A stretch of 64,000 nt of DNA, from the IMG/VR virus record IMGVR_UViG_3300031994_004484; one strand, 5' to 3'. Positions 28,241 through 37,867 of the stretch are shown piece after piece; position 1 is the first letter of the stretch; each line of letters starts with the position of its first letter. The DNA comes from a virus (Duplodnaviria > Caudoviricetes). The position numbers and the translations under genes were made by a program. Under the pieces are notes generated by a model that saw only the letters and a list, made by a program, of their open reading frames with translations, did no database searches and was not told where the DNA came from.

Positions 28241-31200
28241 ATGGCAAATAGAGCAAATAATTCAAGGCCACACTCAGCTCCTGGTTTATATTTCAACGAG
28301 AGCGTACTGACCTATGCTGACAAGTCGTTGGGCATTACCAAACTCGGGCTTGCGGGAGAGACTCTTAGCGGTCCGGCCTTCCAACCAATTTCAATAAAAA
28401 ATTGGCGTGAATTCCAAACCTTTTTCGGAGGGACAAGCACAAAGAAATTCAAGGGAAGTCAATATCCGAAATACGAGCTCCCTTACATTGCAAAAACATA
28501 TCTCACCGAGTCTGATCAACTTGAAGTTGTTCGCGTACTCGGTCTTTCGGGTGTCAATGCAGGTCCGGCATGGGTAATAACCGCAACAAAACACAAAGTC
28601 TTCAATGGAGACACATATGTCGAAATTGATACAATTCCATCGGGAGAGTCAGCAACACCATCTAATGACGTACCAAGCAATCAGACTCTTTATGAGCATA
28701 GGAACGACGCTAATTATGATACTAATTATCCTGAATACATTTCCGTAACAAACGGTGCATGGGTGCAGTATTGTTATAATTGCAATGATAACGAATGGAC
28801 TGGTACTGCCATAGACCAAACATGTGCAGATATTGAAGGTGGATATACAGATGTTTATGAACTCCTAAACGAGCATGGCAATAAAGTGGATGGAAATAAG
28901 TACAAAGTAAGGCTCATAACAAATTGTCCTTTGGAAGTTGGAGAAACTCCAGAATACAGTGTACCGCAATGTTTTGAATATAAAACGGTTACAAGATATT
29001 ATCATAGGGTCTATAAAACCGGAGTACAATTAAGCGAGGAAGATTATTGCAACACATGCAGTTTTGATTACAACAACATGGTTGTAGCTGTTTTGCGTTC
29101 AAGGGGGGAGCACAAGAAATACTCTTTTGTCAGAACTCCAACGGAAGAAGATATTGAACAGGGAAGATGCGACGACATTTACGAATATGACGGAATAGAA
29201 TACAAAGCCAAATGTGTAAACCTCGTTCCTAGTACAAGTCTTGAATTAGGCGACAGTTGTAACCCGGGTTTCAATTCAACAACAGGGGATTTCACTATTG
29301 ACAGTTACAACCACGGAACTTTCACAATTGTTGTAAATGGTATAAATACAAATGGTGTTGTAACAGATAACCCGAATGGTACGACAAGAAGATATTCCGT
29401 ATCATTGAACCCGTCTGAAAAGAACTATATATATAACGTATTGGGTGGCAGCCCGGATGATGGAACATCGGAGATTTATGTTGAAGAACTTTACGATGTG
29501 GCTTTAGAACAACTCATAAACGAAGGCAGGTTAAATTCAATAAACAGTGAAGTGGTGAAATACCCCGCCGTAAAAATGGTCCCGAGATACGAGGATGTCT
29601 ACGATATCCTGACAGAGCCCACACCATCGAAAAGCGACATAGGGAGACGTTTTCTTTGCGGTAAAGAGTTGTCAAAAGACAAAGGTATAATGGTCAGGTA
29701 TTCCGATGACGGTGGTGTAACATGGTTTGAAACCTTCGAAAAAATACCTGGCATGATTTATACCGTAATGTACGAACTGAACACAGACACTGGTAAAAAC
29801 GAGGTTTTTTACGGTGCTTACATAGGGAGTACGAAGAATTTATTCGAATACAGAAAAGTGTCAACAAAAGGCGCTAATCCGTTAGACAAAAATGCATGCA
29901 ACGAAACCGACAGCGACATATGCTCAGCCTTGGAAGGTTTTAAATTTATCGACGACAGTTGTTCTGTTTATTGGAACTCATTCAGCGACGGAAATGCTTT
30001 TGACGCAACAAAAGCCAATCCCGAGATGAAATCACCTTTGTTTATTGCAAACACTGTAACAGGAGAAACCGATGAAAATGGCTATTATGTTAAAGTGTTT
30101 AAAAATACAAACAATATACAAAATTCAACGCTTTTCGGAAAGGCAACTGAAAAGTTGGTTTCGGAAACTATTCCAAGCACATGCGGTAATTCTCCTTCGT
30201 GCTATTGTGACGATGATTATGATTACAAAGAATGCGTTATGGTTTCCGCATACGAGACTTTCTTTATTTACAAAGGTGACGATATAGTACCTATAACATT
30301 GGATTTTAACAACTACAAAGAAGCGTACAGGTATTCCTCGACGCCTTGGATAGTATCCGAAATAAAGGGTAGCGCTGAAAACGTTGAGCTCAACAAACTT
30401 TTCAGATTCCATACAATCTCGGATGGTAATGATTCTTCAAGAATTTGCAAGATTTCAATAGAGAACATAGACCCGTCAACAGGAATGTTTGATGTAATTG
30501 TCAGGGATTTCAACGATTCTGATACCAATATAATCGCATTGGAGAGGTTTGGAAACTGCACTTTGGTCCCTGGTGACAAGAATTACATTGCCCTCAAGAT
30601 AGGTTCGTTTGACGAGACTTACAATCAGGTGTCAAAATACATCACCGTTGAAGTCAACGAGAACGATAATACAAAGAACTCCATACCGGCCGGTTTCTTG
30701 GGTTATCCTTTGCGTGATTATTCCGGTACAGCTGTAACTAATCCAACCGGTAATTTATCCACGAAACCAAAGCAACCGTATTTCAAGTTTAACAACACTA
30801 TCGATAATGAAATAAGGTCGAATAGACAGTATTTCGGCGTTTCAGACCTTGTCGGTATAGATACCGATGTTTTATCTTACAAGGGTGTTGAAGCTTACAA
30901 GGATTCAGACAGGGGACTTACTCCGTCATTCCACCTAGATTCAAGAATTTTCAACGGAACACCTGACAGTGAAGGGAAAATCCATTATGGTGACATGAAT
31001 CAGGTTGTCAGTGTTGACGGTGAAACCGGATACAGTTGGGTAACCGTTAGTAAGAACGAAACTACAAGCGACGGAATCGAACCCAGAATTGGTTCCGAAA
31101 GCACAATGAACGGAACCATTTATGAAGACAAGAGATATCGTAAGTTCACTGTTGCCTTCTACGGTGGTTGGGACGGTTGGGATTATTATAGAACCTATCG

Positions 31201-32209
31201 TTCAAATACCGACGAGTTCAAATATTCAAACTACAAAGGTGCCATAAACGGTGCAAGCGGTTATGGTGATATGTTCAGCGTTATTAAAGACCCTGAGATG
31301 TTTGACCTTGACGGCGTTGTAAAACCGATTACCTCAGACTACTATGCGTATCTCGCCGGTATAAGAGCTTTTGCAAATCCTAAAAACATCGATATCAACA
31401 TTATTGCAACACCAGGTATAGATTATGTTAACAACAACCTCCTTGTTGACGATGTAATTGAGATGGTTGAAGAAGAACGCGCAGATTGTGTGTATGTGGT
31501 GACAACACCAGACAAACCTTTCGGTGCCGGTGATTCAAAATCGGAGATGTACGGGGCTGACGAGGCTGTAATGAATCTTGAAAATTCTGACATAGATAGC
31601 AATCACACGGCAACGTATTATCCTTGGGTGAAATATTTCGACAACGACAATAATGAATACATCTACCTTCCTATCACAAGAGATGTTGTCAAAAGTATAG
31701 CCCTTACGGATAATCAGGCTTGGCCTTGGTTTGCGGCGGCAGGCTACAACCGTGGTGTCATAAGCGGTGTCGGCCCGAGAAAGAAACTCAAACTCGCCGA
31801 ACAGGACGCTTTGTATGATGGAAGGCTCAACTACGTGGCAAGCTTCAGCAACGAAGGCAACCGAATTTGGGGTGACAAGAACACCCAAATTGCAGACAAC
31901 CAACTCAACAGGCTGTCTGCAAGGAGACTCCTCCTCCGTATCAGGACAATGCTTAAGGAAGCCTGTATCGGACTTATATTCGACCCGAACGACTCCAACT
32001 GTCCAAAAGCCGTACGCAGCGCCACAGCAGCCGTTCTCGACAACGTCAGGGAGAATCGCGGTATATCCGACTACAGGATTGAAATCGACGACAGCCCGAC
32101 AATGAGAGACCAAATGGGACTTGGAGTGACGTATTGGATCCGCAGGAATCCCATGCTCGAATGGATAAGCTTCACTTCGATCCTATCAGGTCAGGGGATG
32201 CAATGGTAA
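28241..32209 (+). CDS. Contractile tail sheath protein (gp18-like) with large insertions
   Basis: SAPGLY, GETLSGPAFQP, FYGGWDG, TYYPWV, WPWFAAAGYNRG, IWGDK, RRLL, FDPND motifs. Confidence 0.93.
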   Translation: MANRANNSRPHSAPGLYFNESVLTYADKSLGITKLGLAGETLSGPAFQPISIKNWREFQTFFGGTSTKKFKGSQYPKYELPYIAKTYLTESDQLEVVRVLGLSGVNAGPAWVITATKHKVFNGDTYVEIDTIPSGESATPSNDVPSNQTLYEHRNDANYDTNYPEYISVTNGAWVQYCYNCNDNEWTGTAIDQTCADIEGGYTDVYELLNEHGNKVDGNKYKVRLITNCPLEVGETPEYSVPQCFEYKTVTRYYHRVYKTGVQLSEEDYCNTCSFDYNNMVVAVLRSRGEHKKYSFVRTPTEEDIEQGRCDDIYEYDGIEYKAKCVNLVPSTSLELGDSCNPGFNSTTGDFTIDSYNHGTFTIVVNGINTNGVVTDNPNGTTRRYSVSLNPSEKNYIYNVLGGSPDDGTSEIYVEELYDVALEQLINEGRLNSINSEVVKYPAVKMVPRYEDVYDILTEPTPSKSDIGRRFLCGKELSKDKGIMVRYSDDGGVTWFETFEKIPGMIYTVMYELNTDTGKNEVFYGAYIGSTKNLFEYRKVSTKGANPLDKNACNETDSDICSALEGFKFIDDSCSVYWNSFSDGNAFDATKANPEMKSPLFIANTVTGETDENGYYVKVFKNTNNIQNSTLFGKATEKLVSETIPSTCGNSPSCYCDDDYDYKECVMVSAYETFFIYKGDDIVPITLDFNNYKEAYRYSSTPWIVSEIKGSAENVELNKLFRFHTISDGNDSSRICKISIENIDPSTGMFDVIVRDFNDSDTNIIALERFGNCTLVPGDKNYIALKIGSFDETYNQVSKYITVEVNENDNTKNSIPAGFLGYPLRDYSGTAVTNPTGNLSTKPKQPYFKFNNTIDNEIRSNRQYFGVSDLVGIDTDVLSYKGVEAYKDSDRGLTPSFHLDSRIFNGTPDSEGKIHYGDMNQVVSVDGETGYSWVTVSKNETTSDGIEPRIGSESTMNGTIYEDKRYRKFTVAFYGGWDGWDYYRTYRSNTDEFKYSNYKGAINGASGYGDMFSVIKDPEMFDLDGVVKPITSDYYAYLAGIRAFANPKNIDINIIATPGIDYVNNNLLVDDVIEMVEEERADCVYVVTTPDKPFGAGDSKSEMYGADEAVMNLENSDIDSNHTATYYPWVKYFDNDNNEYIYLPITRDVVKSIALTDNQAWPWFAAAGYNRGVISGVGPRKKLKLAEQDALYDGRLNYVASFSNEGNRIWGDKNTQIADNQLNRLSARRLLLRIRTMLKEACIGLIFDPNDSNCPKAVRSATAAVLDNVRENRGISDYRIEIDDSPTMRDQMGLGVTYWIRRNPMLEWISFTSILSGQGMQW

Positions 32210-32238
32210 GATAATCAATAAGTTACATCATATATTTA

Positions 32239-32274
32239 AAGGAAAGGGTTACAAAGAATCCTTCCCTTTTTTTT
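32239..32274 (+). terminator. Probable intrinsic terminator after sheath
   Basis: Imperfect GGAAAGGG/CCTTCCC stem plus long T-run. Confidence 0.55.
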
Positions 32275-32336
32275 ATTTTGTTTGTTTTAAAATTCCTTTT
32301 GTAGTATATTTATATTAAAAGGATATACAAAGGAAA

Positions 32337-32468
32337 ATGGAATATTTATATTTTTTAGAAAAGGCTGTAAAGAAACACGGGAAAAAGTATATATACCCAC
32401 ATTTTGATAAGACCGAAGAAAAGGAAAAGGTTAGGATAATATGCCCGGAACACGGTGAGTTTTCTTAA
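32337..32468 (+). pseudogene. 43-codon N-terminal remnant of a zinc-ribbon-repeat endonuclease gene (absent from ORF track)
   Basis: Translates MEYLYFLEKAVKKHGKKYIY...VRIICPEHGEFS*; promoter motif at 32301-32312. Confidence 0.8.
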
Positions 32469-33360
32469 AACGTTCAATCACTTCATCTTGAGTGAGTTTT
32501 TTCGGTTTCTTTTGTTTATTGTCTGTTTTAATATTTTCTTTTTTTATCTTTTTCCCCTCAATTGGATGATTTTTATTTTCCTTTTTCTTTTTCAAAAGTT
32601 CTTTTGTACATTTAGGACAACCATGACCATGTAGATGATTTAACGGGGTTTGTTTAAAGTCACCGTGCTTTGGGCATATTATTATAACCGGAGTATTATT
32701 ATTGACATATTCGACCTTTGAATAATTATATTTGTCACCATGCACGGTTTTAGCTTCTATGACAAAATCATCTGTGTTTTTCTTTTTCCTACCACCGCAT
32801 ATAGGGCATCCCTGCCCTTTGAGATGTTTTGTGGCACTTTGAAGGAATTCTCCGTGTTCGGGACAGATTATTCTCCATTTGTCGTTCATTTTTTTTCTCT
32901 CACACTTGGAATAATCATACCTGTCACCATGCACAAGACGGAATTTCTCAATTATTTCCCCCAATGAAAAATTCTGTCCGGCACATTTTGGGCATCCTTG
33001 TTTTTGGTTAACATGGTTGTTTATTGTCATCCAAAACTCCCCATGTTCAGGACATATTATACAGACAGGTTTGTTTGAATTTTCTATTTTGGCTTTTGAA
33101 TAATCATATTTTCCTTTATGGATTTTGTTTGCGCGTTCAACCCATTCTTCAGAATGAATACCCCTCCCTCTTTTTTTGTTCGCACACGAAGGACATTCGG
33201 AACCGCGTAAATGTGACGACGGTGTTTGCCAAAATTCGCCGTGTTCAGGACATATGACACATACCTTTGTTTTTGAATCGATATATTCCACTTTGGAATA
33301 TATGTATTTTTCACCATGCCTTTTTTTCGCCTTTTCTATAAAAGTTTCTTTATCGTACAT
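32431..33360 (-). pseudogene. Truncated zinc-ribbon-repeat (DUF723-like) endonuclease lacking a nuclease domain
   Basis: Four ICP(E/K)HG...CPxC repeats; fifth repeat breaks after FKKTH; no PD-(D/E)xK domain. Confidence 0.75.
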
Positions 33361-33418
33361 ATTTATTTTTTGAGACTATTTATTGTCAACAAAATAAATA
33401 TACTATTTTTTAGAATAT

Positions 33419-33907
33419 ATGTCTGATTTATTATTGAGAATGCCGATTGAATATGAACCGTTACGTAAGAACAGGTTCTTGTTCCGTTTCCCGAGCGACC
33501 TCGGAATCCAGGAATGGTGGGTAAGCAACGCCGCCAGACCATCAATAAAGATTGGCAGTACTGAAATACAATTTCTTAACACCTCCACTTATGTTGCCGG
33601 TCGTTACACTTGGGATTCTATAAACATAACCTTGAGAGACCCTATTGGTCCGAGCGCTTCCCAAGCTGTTATGGAATGGGTCAGGTTGCATGCTGAATCC
33701 GCTACCGGCCGTATGGGTTATGCTGTGGCATACAAGCGCGACATTATTATAGAGATGTTAGACCCAACGGGCACTGCAATCTCACAATGGATATTGAAGA
33801 ACTGTCAGATAACGGATGTGAAATTCGGTGATTTGGCGTACGACAGCGATGACCTGTCCACCATTGAAATCACTGTGCAACCGTATTATTGTATCTTGTC
33901 GTTCTAA
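33419..33907 (+). CDS. Tail tube protein (gp19-like)
   Basis: EPLRKNRF, YVAGRYTWDSI, YKRDI...LDPTG, FGDLAYDSDD. Confidence 0.9.
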   Translation: MSDLLLRMPIEYEPLRKNRFLFRFPSDLGIQEWWVSNAARPSIKIGSTEIQFLNTSTYVAGRYTWDSINITLRDPIGPSASQAVMEWVRLHAESATGRMGYAVAYKRDIIIEMLDPTGTAISQWILKNCQITDVKFGDLAYDSDDLSTIEITVQPYYCILSF

Positions 33908-33935
33908 TTCGGTATGCGTTGTAAACGGTATAAAC

Positions 33936-33960
33936 AAGCACCTCGATGAAGGTGCTTTTT
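33936..33960 (+). terminator. Intrinsic terminator after tail tube
   Basis: AAGCACCT / AGGTGCTT plus T-run. Confidence 0.75.
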
Positions 33961-34004
33961 GTGTTGTCCAAACAAGAATATTTATTTTTTAAAAGTGTTT
34001 TATT

Positions 34005-34409
34005 ATGGCAATGACATTCAAGATAAACAAAGGGGCGACAATGCCATACCTAAGGATGGAGTTGGTGAACGACGGAAGGAGCGACTACCACAAGGCTTAT
34101 TTGGCTTTGCAGGCCGCAGACGGCGTTACGTTTTCAATGTGGGACAAGGAGACGGGGATATACAAGATAGCCAACGCTCCGGCCGATATCGTATATGATG
34201 AGTACAGTGGATGTGAGGAGCGGTATATCATACAGTACAGATGGAAGAAGAGGGACACCAACGAATCCGGAAGGTATGTCGGTCAGTTCAAGATAGTATT
34301 CTCGGACAACATTGTGATGGAGGGTGTCACATTCCCTTCGGGGGATTTGATTATGCCGATAGAGGAGACACTTTACATAGATATTGCTGACAGTGGATTG
34401 AAAAAGTAA
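34005..34409 (+). CDS. BppU-N-like Ig-fold virion protein
   Basis: FKINKGATMPYL...YRW...DT...G.Y.G.F.I pattern. Confidence 0.55.
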   Translation: MAMTFKINKGATMPYLRMELVNDGRSDYHKAYLALQAADGVTFSMWDKETGIYKIANAPADIVYDEYSGCEERYIIQYRWKKRDTNESGRYVGQFKIVFSDNIVMEGVTFPSGDLIMPIEETLYIDIADSGLKK

Positions 34410-34439
34410 GGATATTTATATATAAATAAAAAAAACAAA

Positions 34440-35180
34440 ATGAAACAGACAATACATCTTAACGAACGGCAATTAAAAGGTATTATAAAAAGAGCCGTTA
34501 ACGAAGCTTTGGGTAATGAATACCAGACTGAAAAAGAGAGAATTTACGACAAACAGAAGGAGCACTCAATAAAGGAATACATAAGTGGAAAACTTGATGA
34601 TTTAATGCATGGTTTATCTGTTATGTTTGGTAAGGATTTTTCCGATGAAGACTACATGAACATTGTTGACGGTTTATCAAAACAGATTGTTCGTCAGATA
34701 TCTGATACGGGTAGTGCAGACCCCGGTTTAGTTGCCAAAAGGGATAATTTAATAAAGAAATATGGTAAAGGTGTTCACAGGAGACAATTTGGTGTATATC
34801 GTGAACCGGATGAGGTAAGGCCGGATACGCCTGAAGAAATTGAAAGGAATGTAGAGAATAAGAAGAGAATGATGGAACGTCGTATTTCGGTTATCTATGA
34901 TAAAATGAAACAACATGGACTTCGTGATTTCGACAAATATGAGGAAATGATTCCACAATATGAAGGAAAACCAAATGCGAGAAAATCGATTGATGGTTAT
35001 GAAGGTCATCATGGGGGTGAGGGTTCATTCATATTCACAAATAGCAATGGGGAACCGTTCTTCTTTTATGATTATGCCACAACTGATGAAGGCTGGTTAC
35101 AAAACCTTTTGGCAAATGATGAATTATTTAAATATTTCCCTAAAAATCGGGAAGAATTGAATAGATTGATAAAGAAATAA
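34440..35180 (+). CDS. Protein with LNE...VNE leader, putative internal head protein
   Basis: MKQTIHLNERQLKGIIKRAVNE; TATTTAT upstream. Confidence 0.55.
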   Translation: MKQTIHLNERQLKGIIKRAVNEALGNEYQTEKERIYDKQKEHSIKEYISGKLDDLMHGLSVMFGKDFSDEDYMNIVDGLSKQIVRQISDTGSADPGLVAKRDNLIKKYGKGVHRRQFGVYREPDEVRPDTPEEIERNVENKKRMMERRISVIYDKMKQHGLRDFDKYEEMIPQYEGKPNARKSIDGYEGHHGGEGSFIFTNSNGEPFFFYDYATTDEGWLQNLLANDELFKYFPKNREELNRLIKK

Positions 35181-35198
35181 TAAAAGTAGAAAAAAAAT

Positions 35199-35227
35199 AA
35201 AGCCTGTTGATTATAACAGGCTTTTTT
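35199..35227. terminator. Bidirectional intrinsic terminator
   Basis: AAAGCCTGTT / AACAGGCTTT flanked by A- and T-runs between convergent genes. Confidence 0.8.
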
Positions 35228-35263
35228 ATTCTTCTTTATTCTCTTTTATTCTTCTTTACTTTC

Positions 35264-35557
35264 CTAAAATCTCATATAATCACATAAGCGTTCCCTTCCC
35301 CGTTCTGTCTCAACATATGCTACACCGTCATCATCAAACTCTATTTCCATCCAATCGGTTGGGGTTCCGCCATAGAACCTAAAACGGGCCGAATCGCCGG
35401 AATCATTAATTTCAACCTCATGACCACCCAAATTTGACACGGTTCTATATCCGGTTGGATTGAAACCATCAGATTCATTAACAATATGCATAACTGTATC
35501 CATTACAAGCCGTTTAAGTTGACTCTCGTTTAACCTAATAACGTTTTTTTTGTTCAT
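35264..35557 (-). CDS. Small protein with RLNESQL...VNE leader
   Basis: MNKKNVIRLNESQLKRLVMDTVMHIVNE. Confidence 0.65.
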   Translation of the reverse strand: MNKKNVIRLNESQLKRLVMDTVMHIVNESDGFNPTGYRTVSNLGGHEVEINDSGDSARFRFYGGTPTDWMEIEFDDDGVAYVETERGRERLCDYMRF

Positions 35558-35589
35558 TTCTATACCTTTTTATTTCTTATTTCGTTAAA

Positions 35590-35961
35590 CTATCTCATCT
35601 GTTGGGTTTCGACGGTTTTGTCTATGATGTTATAGACTTTTTTAAGCATGTCATATTGTGGTGATTCAGGGTGTTTGGCAAGTTTCCTCAAACCGTCGAG
35701 AACGGAAACCCTTATATTGGATATCATATCCTGAATTTCAGGGTCGTTATAAGCAGCTTGTTTCTGTTGGGGTTCATTGTCATCCATCGGTTCGAATGAA
35801 TCAGGGGCGGCGTCATATCCCGGATTATCAATTTCATCAGGGTCAACCATTGATTGGTCGTTGAAGACCATTTCCATGATGGTGTGTTTCTTTGTTTTAT
35901 TCTCAACGGGTTTCTTCATGCCGTAGAGGTCTTGTTTTATTTCGTTCAATATTTGTGACAT
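35590..35961 (-). CDS. Hypothetical protein (LNE/IME motifs, acidic linker)
   Basis: 123 aa ORF in a minus-strand operon. Confidence 0.65.
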   Translation of the reverse strand: MSQILNEIKQDLYGMKKPVENKTKKHTIMEMVFNDQSMVDPDEIDNPGYDAAPDSFEPMDDNEPQQKQAAYNDPEIQDMISNIRVSVLDGLRKLAKHPESPQYDMLKKVYNIIDKTVETQQMR

Positions 35962-35991
35962 ATTATTGTGGTATTTTAATCTTTGTTATTT

Positions 35992-36291
35992 TTAGAATGT
36001 GAAATCCTGTGGCAAGTCTGTCGGAAAATCGGGGGCTGTGTCATTAATACCGGCAGCATAATTAAGGAGGTCCGAACGGTATTTTATTAATTTAGGCAAC
36101 ATTTCAACATTGGCTTTCAGTGCATTGATTTTATCCTCGTCAACGGCATAACCGAAATATGTTTCGTATTCAAACGAGCTGCTCATAAGGCCCATGATAT
36201 TCTCATTGCTTCTTATCTGTTTCTCAACAAGTGATATCATTTTTTCAACAATATCAAGGTTGTATTTAATTTGATCTGCGTCTTGTATCAT
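35992..36291 (-). CDS. Hypothetical protein
   Basis: 99 aa ORF with TATTTAT upstream on the minus strand. Confidence 0.65.
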   Translation of the reverse strand: MIQDADQIKYNLDIVEKMISLVEKQIRSNENIMGLMSSSFEYETYFGYAVDEDKINALKANVEMLPKLIKYRSDLLNYAAGINDTAPDFPTDLPQDFTF

Positions 36292-36364
36292 ATTTTATAG
36301 ATGCTTTTTCAATATAAATATCGTTAACTTTGCATTTTGTCTTGAATTCTATTATATTTTCTTT

Positions 36365-36985
36365 ATGAAACAACCTGTAAGAAATAAGAAAGGGGTAAAA
36401 AAGAAGGTTAGTACCACCGGAAGTGAAAAGGAGGTGATGAAATACGGTGTTTCCAAATTGGAGATGTATTTCGCACATAATTTTCTTGGCAAGTTGGGTG
36501 TTGATTACATCTATGAATATGAGGCAAAGGATATAGGTCGTTTCTATGATTTCGCTGTTATTGCAACGATACCGAAAACAGAGTTGATAATGGAGGAAAA
36601 GAATGGCATAAAAGCAGTGTCGCAGCACAGGAATTCATACAGGATAAAGTTCCTATGCGAGATTGACGGCGGGTTTTGGCACGGGGACCCGAGGGTTGTG
36701 GATAAAAGGAGAGTTACGAATATGCAGAGAAGAAATCATTTGATAGACAAGATGAAAGACGAATGGTGTGAGAGACATCATATGGTATTGATAAGGATAT
36801 GGGAATACGACATAAAGAACAATGCAAATAGGGTTATGGAAGGTTTGAAGAAAATGCTTAAAAAATTGGACAGTGGTGAGAGCGTGAGATATGGGATGCA
36901 TAGAATTGGTAACAATGAGGATAGGAAAAAGACGAATAAAAAAAGCGATGTTGTTATAAAAAAGAAAAAGCGCTATATTTTATAG
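36365..36985 (+). CDS. Vsr/DUF559-like endonuclease
   Basis: FYDF...EIDGGFWHG...LIRIWEYD. Confidence 0.75.
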   Translation: MKQPVRNKKGVKKKVSTTGSEKEVMKYGVSKLEMYFAHNFLGKLGVDYIYEYEAKDIGRFYDFAVIATIPKTELIMEEKNGIKAVSQHRNSYRIKFLCEIDGGFWHGDPRVVDKRRVTNMQRRNHLIDKMKDEWCERHHMVLIRIWEYDIKNNANRVMEGLKKMLKKLDSGESVRYGMHRIGNNEDRKKTNKKSDVVIKKKKRYIL

Positions 36986-37002
36986 GAAAAGCAATTTTCA
37001 AA

Positions 37003-37248
37003 ATGGAACATACACCGAAATTCAAAGTTGGACAGAAGGTATGGTTTGTCACATACGACAGCAAATTCGAAAGCGGTAAGATAACGGGAATAGCGCCTGT
37101 TAGTTACAATTTCCTTTACAACATAAAAACAAAGACTGATGCGAACGGTTTGAACATACAGTTGAACGTTTGGGAAAACGACGTATTGTGTGACATAAGG
37201 GACAACGTAAACGAGGTGATGAAAATATTGGAAGAGAAAAAGGAATAG
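37003..37248 (+). CDS. Small hypothetical protein (SH3-like start)
   Basis: PKFKVGQKVWF; 81 aa. Confidence 0.65.
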   Translation: MEHTPKFKVGQKVWFVTYDSKFESGKITGIAPVSYNFLYNIKTKTDANGLNIQLNVWENDVLCDIRDNVNEVMKILEEKKE

Positions 37249-37253
37249 ATAAA

Positions 37254-37862
37254 ATGAACCATATAGGTAGAAAGGATTCAACGGTGACCGTCATGGTTCC
37301 GTACAGTAATGGTGACGCTGTCAACGGCTTCAAATACAGCGGCGGCGACATAAGCGAGCAGCAGTACAGCCGCATGATTGTTGACACGTACAACAAGTAC
37401 AAGAACGGTGTATGGGACACCTATGTAGAGAGAATGGGCATGAATATGTCCATCAACAATTACGAGAAGGAGATTGTCCATTATGCGCAGCAGCAGTATT
37501 ATTACGACAGGACAAAGGTTGATTTGTTCAATGCGCAAGGACTTGAAATGACGATAGACGAGTTGATAAAGTATTATCAGTTCGGAAACCCGTTCATACT
37601 GATAGTTGACATGTACAGGCTCTCGGAAGACCCTGAGCTTGAGAGTGACATGAAGGTTTGGTTGAGGGAGTGTCACAGGATAAAGAACAACCCTTCGTTT
37701 TCGGATGCTGAAAGGATACAATATTCTTCGAAAAAGACAATGAAGATAACATTTGACGATGCAAAGTCCCAAGCTATTTTACAGAACTGCAAGATGATGG
37801 ACTACCATAACAAGCACAAGTTTGTTTTCATAGTGGAGAAAATAATTTTTACAACGGAATAG
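37254..37862 (+). CDS. Hypothetical protein
   Basis: 202 aa ORF with tight operon spacing. Confidence 0.7.
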   Translation: MNHIGRKDSTVTVMVPYSNGDAVNGFKYSGGDISEQQYSRMIVDTYNKYKNGVWDTYVERMGMNMSINNYEKEIVHYAQQQYYYDRTKVDLFNAQGLEMTIDELIKYYQFGNPFILIVDMYRLSEDPELESDMKVWLRECHRIKNNPSFSDAERIQYSSKKTMKITFDDAKSQAILQNCKMMDYHNKHKFVFIVEKIIFTTE

Positions 37863-37867
37863 CAAAT

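Noticed and set aside
31535-32113. 192 aa antisense ORF and similar shadow ORFs (e.g. 19012-19482, 48018-48608, 1517-2083)
   Set aside because: Nested opposite well-supported genes, no motifs; explained by codon bias.
34421-34428. T4-type late promoter TATAAATA on the sense strand
   Set aside because: Isolated occurrence next to a TATTTAT copy; not recurrent before structural genes.
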